Of a DNA stretch of 64,000 bases, positions 47,358 through 56,006 are shown one piece after another. The stretch spans positions 45,655 to 109,654 of the forward strand of contig JAZNVT010000025.1 of NCBI GenBank assembly GCA_045592945.1, in the 5' to 3' direction. How positions within the stretch are numbered: position 1 is the stretch's first letter; each line of letters begins with the position of its first letter. Below the pieces are notes generated by a model. That model did not search any database. It was not told the DNA's origin and saw nothing but the letters and a program-made list of their open reading frames with translations. Origin of the DNA: Acutalibacteraceae bacterium. GTDB taxonomy: Bacteria; Bacillota; Clostridia; Oscillospirales; Acutalibacteraceae. Both the position numbers and the translations under genes were made by a program.

Positions 47358-47924
47358 TTGAAGCGTACAAGAAGTGTTAACATACCTTTAAATAGCAAAT
47401 TAAAGGATGTTGTTCTTATATCACTTTTTTCCGCAGTTATTGCGGTATGCTCGTTAATATGTATCCCGTTTACCGTACCCTTTACAATGCAGCTTTTCGG
47501 AGTTTTTTGTTCTTTTTACCTTTTAGGTGGTAAAAAGGGGTCTCTTTCAGTTTTACTGTATATTCTTATAGGCGTGGTAGGCTTACCTGTTTTTGCAGGC
47601 TTCAGGGGTGGATTCGGTAGCTTGTTTGACGCTACCGGTGGATTTATAACGGGCTTTGTATTTTCCGGCTTAGCGTATTGGCTTTCAACGAAAGTGTTAA
47701 AAAGAAATAAATACGTAAAAGAAATTTCTTTGTTGATATCATTGCCGGTTTGCTATATCTTTGGAGCAGGTTATTTTGCTCTTTTTTATAGCGAAGGAGA
47801 GCTTTTGAAAAGCTTTTCATCTGCAATAGTAGCTTGCGTATTGCCTTTTATAATACCCGACCTGTTAAAGCTTGCTTTAGCAATAGCCGTTTGCCGTAAA
47901 ATCGAAAAATACAAAATATTTTAA
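47358..47924 (+). CDS. bioY: Biotin transporter BioY
   Basis: 188 aa, 5-6 TM. PFTMQLFGVF and GLPVFAGF..GG blocks. TTG start after GGGGTGA. Confidence 0.75.
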   Translation: MKRTRSVNIPLNSKLKDVVLISLFSAVIAVCSLICIPFTVPFTMQLFGVFCSFYLLGGKKGSLSVLLYILIGVVGLPVFAGFRGGFGSLFDATGGFITGFVFSGLAYWLSTKVLKRNKYVKEISLLISLPVCYIFGAGYFALFYSEGELLKSFSSAIVACVLPFIIPDLLKLALAIAVCRKIEKYKIF

Positions 47925-47940
47925 AAAATTAACGTTTTGC

Positions 47941-47982
47941 AATCACACACTCTTTCAAAAGACAGAGTGTGTGATTATTTTT
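47941..47982. terminator. Bidirectional terminator between bioY and the GH38 gene
   Basis: 13-bp stem AATCACACACTCT / AGAGTGTGTGATT, then a T-run. Confidence 0.7.
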
Positions 47983-50448
47983 TTAGTCCGGAATTCCTTC
48001 GAGGAAGTCAGTTTCCTTAACCTTTAGGTTGTGGTCAACACGGAAGGTTTTGATTTCGTGCTTTTTAATATCAAACCAGAAGCCGTTATCGAAAAGCTTT
48101 GACATAATGTAGCAGCGTGTGTTTTCAAGCCCCTTTGTTTCATAAAGTCTTATGATGAGGTCGCCGCTACCGTCCTCGCAACGCTTGAGAGCAGTAATAA
48201 CAACGTTATCGGCGTTAGTGTAAAGGAAGCAATCCTTTTGAGGAAGAGCGCCCTTATGATAGCCCTCGGGCACAGCAACAATATTATTGTTGAAGAGGTG
48301 AGCCTCTTTAACAATATCGCTTTCCTCAGCCTCACCCGAGTGAAGATAAATTCCGTAGGAGAATCTGTTCATTCCCTCGTCAGTGAAATTGAAGTTTGCA
48401 TCAGGTCTGTAAGAATAATGGTCTGCAAAAATAACGTTTCTTAAAGCAGTTAATCTTATCTCAGCACCGGGGCAATCGTAGCTGTATTTAGAATCGCTGA
48501 TAACCGAGAGTCCCATTCTGTTGCCGTTTTTAGTAACTGTAAGATCTGCCCAGTTAAGTGCAGGCTCCTCGTCACCGTCGCAGGGGCGTTTAATAAATCC
48601 GCAAGGAATTTCATAGGTTGAGATTTCCTTGTAGCCACCAACGGGGAATGCGAATTTAAGAATAGAGAAATTTTCCTGCCAAAGAGCCTTGCATTCAACC
48701 TTAAGAGTTTTCTGACCCTTTGCGAGTATAAATTCCTGAGTTAAATAAGATTCGTTGAATTTATGAACTGTGCGTATTACAGAGCGAAGAGCACCGTTTT
48801 CAACTCTTTCGATGCTAACGAGCTCCATAAGCCCTTTAACGTTGTGGAATTTGAAAACGTTGTGAGCCCAGGTATCTGTTTCGTGGTCATCGATAACGGT
48901 GGGGATTGAAAGGAAGTTTTCCTCAGCATAATCAACGCCTGTTTCCTTATTTACAAGGCTCTTGATGTAACCCGTCTGAGCTCCAAGCTCAACAGAAATA
49001 AATTCGTTTTCCATGAAGAAGTTGTTTTCGCCGCTTAACTCCTTATCTGCCTGAACGTTGTCGCTTTCAAGCCAGTAGGTTGAATAACCAAAGGGTGCAA
49101 CCTTTGCCATAAATAAGGTGTCAAGATGCTCATCGTTTGAGCGTGATGAGCGAACGTTCTGGAAAAGCACGTCGTTGCCCTCGCTGTCTGTAACAGCTTT
49201 TGAGGGGTGGTACATTCTGACGGGCATATTTACCTCGTAGGAATGGGGGTTGAAAACTATTACGGGACGGGGAAAGCCCTCTCTCGCACCTGAGTAATGA
49301 CGAGCCTCTAAAACAGCATCGCTTATACCCTCAATCCAGGTGTCAACCTTACGTGCGATTTTAAGCACTGCATTGTTGTAGCTTTCTGAAGCGATATTTA
49401 AAGCGTAGCCTTCGCTTTCCTTAACGTCCTCATAAGCCTCCATAATAGAGCAGCCGCACAAAATATCGTGGAATTGGTTGAAGCAAACCTTTTTCCAGGC
49501 ATCCTCAAACTCTTTTGTTTTAGGAGCAGAATCTGTAACGATAGAAGAAATAGTATCCCATTTTTCTGCCGCAGCAAGAGCGTTTTCGGCTTTACGGTTT
49601 AAAGCCTTTATAAGAGAGGTTGCACTATAGCAGCCGCTTGCATGATGCTGAAGCTCGTCATTCCATACGGGAAGGTCAAGGAATTGACCTAACATTTCTT
49701 CAAAATAAGCGTCGGGTGAAGAGAATTCAAGGTCGTTGTAGCCCTCTCTCTCAAGATTTTCTATAAGATATTCAATATCACCCTTTGTAGGTCCGCCGCC
49801 GTGGTTGCCTACACCGTAGAAGAGCATCATACCGTGACCTGCTTCCTCGGCACGTCTGTTGATATCCTCCATTTTATAATCTAATGCGTTTTTACCGTCT
49901 GCACCATAGCCGTCGGGGATTTTAAAGGTCATAACACGAGAGCCGTCAGCACTATCCCACCAGAAAAGATTTTCGGGGATTTCTGCGTTTTCATTGGGGC
50001 AGGGACGGTGGAACACGTAAGAGGTCATACCACCCTTTTTAAGAAGCTGAGGCATCATAGCGTTGTGACCGAAGGAATCAACGTTGTAGCCTGTTTTACA
50101 GGTGATACCGAATTTTTCGTAGTAATATAATTGACTGTAAAGAGCCTGACGGGCGAAGCTTTCGCCTGAGGGCATATTGCAGTCGGGCTGTACCCACCAG
50201 CCGTTTACGGGCACCCATCTGCCACGACGCACCATTGATTTGATTTCTTCAAACATTTCGGGGTCAATTTCTTCAACCCACTGATAATACGCTGCAGAAG
50301 AGCAGGTGAAAACGAAATCGTTATATTCTTTTAATCTGTCAAGAGCGCTTCTGAAGGTCTGTAAAACCTCGGCACATCCCTCCTGCCATCTCCAGAGCCA
50401 GATAGGGTCAAGGTGAGCATTACCGATAAGTCTTGTAGTTTTATCCAT
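47983..50448 (-). CDS. Alpha-mannosidase, GH38
   Basis: N terminus GNAHLDPIWLWRWQEG. 821 aa, no signal peptide. Confidence 0.85.
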   Translation of the reverse strand: MDKTTRLIGNAHLDPIWLWRWQEGCAEVLQTFRSALDRLKEYNDFVFTCSSAAYYQWVEEIDPEMFEEIKSMVRRGRWVPVNGWWVQPDCNMPSGESFARQALYSQLYYYEKFGITCKTGYNVDSFGHNAMMPQLLKKGGMTSYVFHRPCPNENAEIPENLFWWDSADGSRVMTFKIPDGYGADGKNALDYKMEDINRRAEEAGHGMMLFYGVGNHGGGPTKGDIEYLIENLEREGYNDLEFSSPDAYFEEMLGQFLDLPVWNDELQHHASGCYSATSLIKALNRKAENALAAAEKWDTISSIVTDSAPKTKEFEDAWKKVCFNQFHDILCGCSIMEAYEDVKESEGYALNIASESYNNAVLKIARKVDTWIEGISDAVLEARHYSGAREGFPRPVIVFNPHSYEVNMPVRMYHPSKAVTDSEGNDVLFQNVRSSRSNDEHLDTLFMAKVAPFGYSTYWLESDNVQADKELSGENNFFMENEFISVELGAQTGYIKSLVNKETGVDYAEENFLSIPTVIDDHETDTWAHNVFKFHNVKGLMELVSIERVENGALRSVIRTVHKFNESYLTQEFILAKGQKTLKVECKALWQENFSILKFAFPVGGYKEISTYEIPCGFIKRPCDGDEEPALNWADLTVTKNGNRMGLSVISDSKYSYDCPGAEIRLTALRNVIFADHYSYRPDANFNFTDEGMNRFSYGIYLHSGEAEESDIVKEAHLFNNNIVAVPEGYHKGALPQKDCFLYTNADNVVITALKRCEDGSGDLIIRLYETKGLENTRCYIMSKLFDNGFWFDIKKHEIKTFRVDHNLKVKETDFLEGIPD

Positions 50449-52241
50449 TATTCGTCACACTCCTCTATAAAGCCGAAATATCTGCCTAACCAATAGGATA
50501 AGGTGTAAACGTAGCAGCTTTCTACGCAGAAAACACCGCCACTGTCTTCATCCTTATATTCAAGGGGGTCTCGGTCTAATTTTGCAATAAATCTTTCATC
50601 GTTTGTGGGTAAAGCGCTAAGGCTCTGATAACCGCCCATATACGTTCTTACAGGTAAATCTCTTCTTGTTGTCATCGAAACGTTGCTTGCAAGACGGGAT
50701 ACGTTGAATCTGTAGAACCATGTTCTGATACGCTCTTCATCAGGCTTTGCATTTTCAGGGTCGCTGAGGAAGTAGGGGAAATCGTATGCAGGAGTGTATT
50801 CATCTGCAAGAGAGGTTCTCCAGCTTCTGAATGCCTGACGGAACACTTCTTTTCTTTCCTCGTCTTTTTCGAGAGTAGCAAGACCCCAGAAGGAAAGCAC
50901 CGCTAACATATGGTCGCCGTACATAATTTCTTCACGCACGTCAAGGCCACCACTAAGGCTTGACTGGAAGAATCTGTCAAAATGCTTAACTGTAAGCTTG
51001 TCATAGCCCTTTTCGCAAAGCTCGTCAAAGGCTTTTTGGAATTTGCCTTCCTCACCGGTAATATGCATTGTAACTCTTAAATACATAAGAACCTCACCTG
51101 CGTTAAGGCAAGCGTCAGCCCAGCCCATACCGGTATTGAAATATTCCTCGCACCATTTTGCCCATGTTGTAGGCTTGCCGGTTGCATCGCGAAGAAGGTA
51201 ACCGTTGTCGATGATGTGATTCATAGTGTTTACCGCCGCAGTTTTAAGAAGAAGGTCATATTCAGGGTCTTCACAGCCTAAAAACTCGTGAGCAACAAGC
51301 AAATGCATATAATGGTGAGTGATTTCGTCACTGCTTGTATCTGCTTTATAAGTAATATCTGTATCCTCAAAGCCTTCGGAGGTATAGCATCTGCGAAGTC
51401 TTTCAGGGATAGGCGCATCAGCCTTTACCTCAAGACCGACAATGTTTTTGTTTCTTGAGTCGGTTGTGTTAATGCAGGATGCGGTAGCACCGTTTTTCTT
51501 AAAGAAAATACCGTCGTCGGGTACGGGCTCCTGATTTGTAAGGTAAGTTCTTGCAACGAAGCCGTCACCACGGCCTGCAACGTACATAAGAAGAAGAGCT
51601 GCTTCACTTGCACGGAAGGCAACCTCTCTTGCACGAAGGGTTTCCTCGGCATAATCGCCCTTTTCTCTTTTAAGAGTTGCGTAGTGGAATATTTCACCCA
51701 TAGCGTATGCTGAAGAGAAGCTACCGTCGTTGTCAGAGTGACCGTAGGGAAGAGCTGATTTTAAGTTGCTTGCCTCTGAAAGACGCTTCTGGCTTACCAT
51801 ACCGTGACGCTGAACGTATGTAAGGGTTTCCTCTAAAAGCTTGTATGCTTTTTCTTCTGAGGTCATTTTTACCATGTCGATATGAGTTACACCGCTTGCA
51901 GTAAGCACCCATACACCGTCACCGTCAGCAACGATATTCTGAACGGAGTTGTCCATTAAATCTCTTTTTGCAGAGAAATACATAACAACGTCATAAAGAC
52001 TTTTTGTGTTAGGGTCATAGCGGGTAACGCCACCCTCGCCACCGTACCACATAACGCCGTTATTGCCTTGGCAAGAACAGGTGTAATCCTTTTTCCTTAA
52101 GGGAAGAGGGTAGGGGAAATCTTTAAGGTGGGGTTTTTGAGGTTTGGTTTCAAGAAGACTTTTAGGTACTTCAATGTCATATTTTTTATAATGACTTGAA
52201 ACTCTTGTAAGATGAGGATAAAGCTTGATTGGTTGTGCCAT
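50448..52241 (-). CDS. Hypothetical cytoplasmic protein, translationally coupled to the GH38 gene
   Basis: 597 aa. Its TAA stop overlaps the GH38 ATG by 1 nt. N-terminal beta-propeller-like repeats (GVMWYGGEGGVTRYD, DGDGVWVLTASGVTHI), then a helical region. Confidence 0.6.
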   Translation of the reverse strand: MAQPIKLYPHLTRVSSHYKKYDIEVPKSLLETKPQKPHLKDFPYPLPLRKKDYTCSCQGNNGVMWYGGEGGVTRYDPNTKSLYDVVMYFSAKRDLMDNSVQNIVADGDGVWVLTASGVTHIDMVKMTSEEKAYKLLEETLTYVQRHGMVSQKRLSEASNLKSALPYGHSDNDGSFSSAYAMGEIFHYATLKREKGDYAEETLRAREVAFRASEAALLLMYVAGRGDGFVARTYLTNQEPVPDDGIFFKKNGATASCINTTDSRNKNIVGLEVKADAPIPERLRRCYTSEGFEDTDITYKADTSSDEITHHYMHLLVAHEFLGCEDPEYDLLLKTAAVNTMNHIIDNGYLLRDATGKPTTWAKWCEEYFNTGMGWADACLNAGEVLMYLRVTMHITGEEGKFQKAFDELCEKGYDKLTVKHFDRFFQSSLSGGLDVREEIMYGDHMLAVLSFWGLATLEKDEERKEVFRQAFRSWRTSLADEYTPAYDFPYFLSDPENAKPDEERIRTWFYRFNVSRLASNVSMTTRRDLPVRTYMGGYQSLSALPTNDERFIAKLDRDPLEYKDEDSGGVFCVESCYVYTLSYWLGRYFGFIEECDE

Positions 52242-52607
52242 CGTTACTCTCCTTTTCGTAGTTAATACGTGCTTAAAACGCCGTTTTTCAGCATTTAAAA
52301 CACCAAATTTTCACGTCCTATATTCTATCAAAAAAAAAAGCAAATTTCAATATATAATACCTAAATATATAAGAAAAAACATGTTTAATATTTAAGCCTA
52401 CGTTTATGCTGAGTATTAAAGCTGAAAACGAAGTTAACTGTTATTTTAAACAATTACCAACGTGGTTTTTTATCACCTTTAATTCATTGAAAAATCTGAC
52501 AAATTATGGTAGTATAGATTCGAAAAGCGGGTACGGTTCTATATCTTATTCTTAAAAGCTAAATAAGTCATTTAAAATCAAAGGTTTAAACGTGTATTAA
52601 AACTAAA

Positions 52608-52659
52608 ACAGGGGATTGCTTTGTGTAAAAAACAAGCAAGACACAGAACCGTCCCCTGT
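52608..52659. repeat. Inverted pair of the cassette junction motif forming a 19-bp imperfect hairpin
   Basis: ACAGGGGATTGCTTTGTGT (52608-52626) pairs with ACACAGAACCGTCCCCTGT (52641-52659). The second arm is the reverse complement of the ACAGGGGACGGTTCTGTGT motif. Confidence 0.65.
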
Positions 52660-52743
52660 CCTATTATCGAATGGGATTCGGTCGATATTGATAATACAAA
52701 TTATGCGCCTGATTATGGTGTTTACGAATAGGAGAGGGAAATT

Positions 52744-53238
52744 ATGATAGAATTTCGTGGCGATTTATGTAGTGAGAATAAGGCAATTTATCTTGATGAT
52801 GCTGCAAGAAAAATGAGTTTGTTTTTAGTCATTGTTTTTGTTTGTTCTTCACCTGTGATGGGGTATTTGGCATATATATTAGGATCTTTAAAAATGTTTT
52901 GGGTATATCCACTTGGTGTATGTATAATTTATATTGGAACCCGTTTTTTATATAAAAAAATTAATAAAAAAATGAAAGTTCATCGAGTATGTATTGAAGA
53001 AGGATATTTATTTGCAAAAACAACGAATGACGATAATAGAATCAGCCTCAAACTTGTAAAAAAAGTTATTGATTATGGGGATTATTATTTAATTGTGCTC
53101 CCCAAATATTTGCCGATTCTTGATGTCATTTGTCAAAAGTCTCTTCTTGTTAAAGGCTCTCTTGAAGAATTTGAAACACTTTTTCAAAATAAAATAGAAA
53201 TAGCAAAGACTAACACGAAAAATCAGACTAACTATTAA
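52744..53238 (+). CDS. Small membrane protein (2 TM plus soluble C-terminal domain), function unknown
   Basis: 164-aa ORF; GGAGAGGG RBS. Confidence 0.55.
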   Translation: MIEFRGDLCSENKAIYLDDAARKMSLFLVIVFVCSSPVMGYLAYILGSLKMFWVYPLGVCIIYIGTRFLYKKINKKMKVHRVCIEEGYLFAKTTNDDNRISLKLVKKVIDYGDYYLIVLPKYLPILDVICQKSLLVKGSLEEFETLFQNKIEIAKTNTKNQTNY

Positions 53239-53244
53239 AAGTCG

Positions 53245-53305
53245 AAACAATCAGGGGACGGTTCCATACATAACACGTCTAACACAGGGGGACGGTTCTC
53301 TGTGT
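53245..53305 (+). repeat. Two copies of the junction motif
   Basis: AAACAATCAGGGGACGGTTC (53245-53264) and ACACAGGGGGACGGTTCTCTGTGT (53282-53305). Confidence 0.7.
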
Positions 53306-53389
53306 TAGTTCTCTTTATATTTTAACTGATGAAGTTGAAATTTGTGGTTCTTCCGTTCGTGAAACAGTTAAATCTTATTATAATGGCTT

Positions 53390-53620
53390 GTGAGGTTTTT
53401 TATGGAAAAAATATATAATTTTATTGAATATAAGAACCCAGAAATAAATATACCACTTGTCATTGCTCATTTTTTTATTTTTTCTACTTCATTCTTTATT
53501 GTTTGGCTTTTTTTGAGAGATAAAAAGTGGCTTATGATTTTGTTGATGAGTCTAATTGTATTGTATTCTCTTGTTGTTGTGTTTTATATTAAAAATAAAA
53601 GCGAAAAAAATCTTTTTTGA
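53390..53620 (+). CDS. Small membrane protein, function unknown
   Basis: 76 aa, 2 TM. The start is uncertain. Confidence 0.4.
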   Translation: MRFFMEKIYNFIEYKNPEINIPLVIAHFFIFSTSFFIVWLFLRDKKWLMILLMSLIVLYSLVVVFYIKNKSEKNLF

Positions 53621-54057
53621 TTACTGGTGGATATTCTGTGATTATTAGCCTTTACATTATGTTTGCTATTGCTGGTTTTTTAAAAAATTCAATAACAATA
53701 GTTCTATTTGAAGTTTTCGTTTTTTTGTTGTTTCAATTTGTAGTTTTTTTTATTTGTTATATCAATATTAAAAATGATAGTTTTAATCCTCAAAAAACGC
53801 TTAAAATTAATAAATTAGTTTGGGTTGCAGGGTCTACTGGATATATTTTTGGTGGTGTTATTTTTTCAAATATAAGCCAACAAGAGTATTGGTGGGTTGC
53901 AGGTGTTTTTATTACAGTTGCTTTGCTCTATTCTGCTGGTAGTTCATATTTGTTAAGGTTTTATTTGTACGAAACACTTAAAAATAAAAAGCAATCGAAA
54001 CTCATCGAAAGCTTAACGAAAAAACAATCAGGGGACGGTTCTGTGATTGAGCCTTAA
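53617..54057 (+). CDS. Small polytopic membrane protein, function unknown
   Basis: 146 aa, 4 TM. The 3' end (KKQSGDGSVIEP) is encoded by the junction motif. Confidence 0.5.
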   Translation: MITGGYSVIISLYIMFAIAGFLKNSITIVLFEVFVFLLFQFVVFFICYINIKNDSFNPQKTLKINKLVWVAGSTGYIFGGVIFSNISQQEYWWVAGVFITVALLYSAGSSYLLRFYLYETLKNKKQSKLIESLTKKQSGDGSVIEP

Positions 54058-54090
54058 AACCCTTGATATGTAAAGGTTTTCAACGTTTTG
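54023..54090 (+). repeat. Long form of the junction repeat
   Basis: AAACAATCAGGGGACGGTTCTGTGATTGAGCCTTAAAACCCTTGATATGTAAAGGTTTTCAACGTTTT aligns with 54437-54503. Confidence 0.75.
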
Positions 54091-54181
54091 TTGTTATTTA
54101 AAATCAGGGGCGGTTTTCGTTGGAAAATCACCCAATCATGGAATTGTTCCCGTCTTACTTGTTTGGTTGAGGAGGAAAAAT

Positions 54182-54430
54182 ATGAATGACTACAAAGAAC
54201 GTGTTAAGAATTGTATTGAGTATTTAAAATCCGTTCGTTTCCCTTGTGGAGACTGGAAAGAAGATAAAATTTATTTTGACCGATTAGAGGAAGAATTTTC
54301 TGAAGAAGCAACTGATCAGGAAACTAAAGAATTGTTAAGTGAATTGAAAAGCCTGATTCAGAATAAGCGAGCCTTAAGCCTTAATATGAATAAAACTACG
54401 GAAGAATTGTTTGCCGGGTGGAATGATTGA
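54182..54430 (+). CDS. Small acidic cytoplasmic protein, function unknown (immunity-protein-like size and charge)
   Basis: 82 aa from MNDYKERV. AGGAGG RBS 6 nt upstream. Confidence 0.5.
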   Translation: MNDYKERVKNCIEYLKSVRFPCGDWKEDKIYFDRLEEEFSEEATDQETKELLSELKSLIQNKRALSLNMNKTTEELFAGWND

Positions 54431-54436
54431 TAAATT

Positions 54437-54503
54437 AAACAATCAGGGACGGTTCTGTGATTAAGCCTTAAATCCCTCGAAACATAAAAGCTTTCAAAAT
54501 TTT
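54437..54503 (+). repeat. Long form of the junction repeat
   Basis: AAACAATCAGGGACGGTTCTGTGATTAAGCCTTAAATCCCTCGAAACATAAAAGCTTTCAAAATTTT; one G shorter than the copy at 54023. Confidence 0.75.
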
Positions 54504-54530
54504 TGATATATAATTAAAAAATCTTAAAAT

Positions 54531-54572
54531 CCGATAGGGTGGTAGCGGTACCATCTTATCGGGTTGTTTTTT
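54531..54572 (+). terminator. Terminator closing the small-ORF array
   Basis: CCGATAGGGTGG..CCATCTTATCGG stem (with G-U pairs), then GTTGTTTTTT. Confidence 0.5.
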
Positions 54573-54610
54573 GTCATTAAAAAAAGTATTTATAAAATTT
54601 GCAAATTATA

Positions 54611-54639
54611 TTGGAATGTTCGGAATAAAGTGGTATAAT
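54611..54639 (+). promoter_or_regulatory. Promoter of the aminotransferase gene
   Basis: TTGGAA, 17-nt spacer, TATAAT. Confidence 0.55.
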
Positions 54640-54685
54640 GATATATATATTGAACAAATTCGTGCATTTGAAAGGAAAATGCCTT

Positions 54686-55939
54686 ATGAATACATCTGTT
54701 TTTGAAAAATATGAATCCGAGGTGCGCTCTTATTGCCGTAACTTCCCTGCTGTTTTTACAAAGGCAAAGGGCTCATATATTTTTGCCGAAGATGGTAAAG
54801 AATATATAGACTTTTTCTGCGGTGCGGGTGCGTTAAACTACGGTCATAATAACGACTACATAAAATCAAGAATTATTGATTATCTTGAGAGCGATGGTAT
54901 AATTCATTCTCTTGATATGTTTACCTCTGCAAAGAGAGATTTTATTGAGTTTTTCGAGTCAAAGGTGTTAGAGCCCCGTGGCTTTAACTATAAAATTCAG
55001 TTCCCCGGTCCTACGGGTACAAATGCCGTTGAAGCGGCTTTGAAGCTTGCAAGAAAGGTTAAAAAGAGAAACAATATTTTTGCCTTTATGGGTGCTTTCC
55101 ACGGTATGACCTTAGGCTCTCTTTCAATGACTACCGACAGAGATTCAAGAGAGGGTGCAGGCGTTGCTCTTACCGACGTTACTCATATCCCTACCCCCTA
55201 TATGTTCCCCGAGCTTGACGTTCTCAAATATATGCAGACTCTTATTGACGATGACCATTCAGGCATCTCAAAGCCTGCCGCAGTTTTCGTTGAGCCTGTT
55301 CAGGCTGACGGCGGTATTCACGTTTTCAGTGTTGAATTTTTGAAGGGCTTAAGAGAATTCTGTACAAGAAACGATATTCTTTTAGTTTGCGACGATATTC
55401 AGGTAGGCTCTGCAAGAACGGGTACTTATTTCTCATTCGAAAGAGCAGGTATTGTTCCCGATATCGTTACTCTTTCAAAATCCATCGGTGGCTACGGTAT
55501 GCCCTTTGCTCTCGTCCTTTTCAAGCCCGAGCTTGACGTGTGGAACCCCGGTGAGCATAACGGCACCTTCAGAGGCAGTCAGCTTTCAATAGTTGCGGCT
55601 AAAGCAGGTCTTGAAATTATGCTTAACGACAATATTGAAGCTGAGGTAAGAAGAAAGGGCGAAATTATTGCCGAATATCTCGGTAAGGTTAAAGAAATTA
55701 ACGAAAGCTTTGACGTTCGCGGAATCGGCTTTATGTGGGGCGTTGACTGTAACAAGGTTAAGCCCGACGTTGTTTCAAGAGCAATTGTTAAAGAATGCTT
55801 CGAAAACGGTCTTATTGTTGAAAGAGCAGGCAGAAATAACGACGTTGTTAAGTTAATGCCCTGCCTTTTAGCAGACGATGAAACTCTTAAAAAGGGTCTT
55901 GATATCTTCGTAAACGCCGTAAAAAAGGTTATGGAATAA
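54686..55939 (+). CDS. Class III PLP aminotransferase, diaminobutyrate-2-oxoglutarate transaminase (EctB/Dat)-like
   Basis: N terminus FEKYESEVRSYCRNFPAVFTKAKGSYIFAEDGKEYIDFFCGAGALNYGHNN is typical of DABA transaminases. LSKSIGG carries the PLP lysine. Confidence 0.75.
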   Translation: MNTSVFEKYESEVRSYCRNFPAVFTKAKGSYIFAEDGKEYIDFFCGAGALNYGHNNDYIKSRIIDYLESDGIIHSLDMFTSAKRDFIEFFESKVLEPRGFNYKIQFPGPTGTNAVEAALKLARKVKKRNNIFAFMGAFHGMTLGSLSMTTDRDSREGAGVALTDVTHIPTPYMFPELDVLKYMQTLIDDDHSGISKPAAVFVEPVQADGGIHVFSVEFLKGLREFCTRNDILLVCDDIQVGSARTGTYFSFERAGIVPDIVTLSKSIGGYGMPFALVLFKPELDVWNPGEHNGTFRGSQLSIVAAKAGLEIMLNDNIEAEVRRKGEIIAEYLGKVKEINESFDVRGIGFMWGVDCNKVKPDVVSRAIVKECFENGLIVERAGRNNDVVKLMPCLLADDETLKKGLDIFVNAVKKVME

Positions 55940-55958
55940 ATGGTGTAAAGATAAGAAC

Positions 55959-55991
55959 CGCTAAGCAATTTGGTTGCTTAGCGTTTCTTTT
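55959..55991. terminator. Bidirectional terminator
   Basis: CGCTAAGCAA-tttgg-TTGCTTAGCG, then TTTCTTTT. Confidence 0.7.
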
Positions 55992-56006
55992 GAATTTTTT
56001 GAAAAG

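Noticed and set aside
52608-54503. The recurring GGGGACGGTTC motif as a CRISPR array or an integron attC array.
   Set aside because: Spacing is irregular (37 to about 750 nt) and the intervals contain ORFs with RBSs, so it is not CRISPR. No cas genes and no integron integrase are present, and I could not identify the R'/R'' core sites (GTTRRRY) of attC. The attC idea is kept only as a remote possibility.
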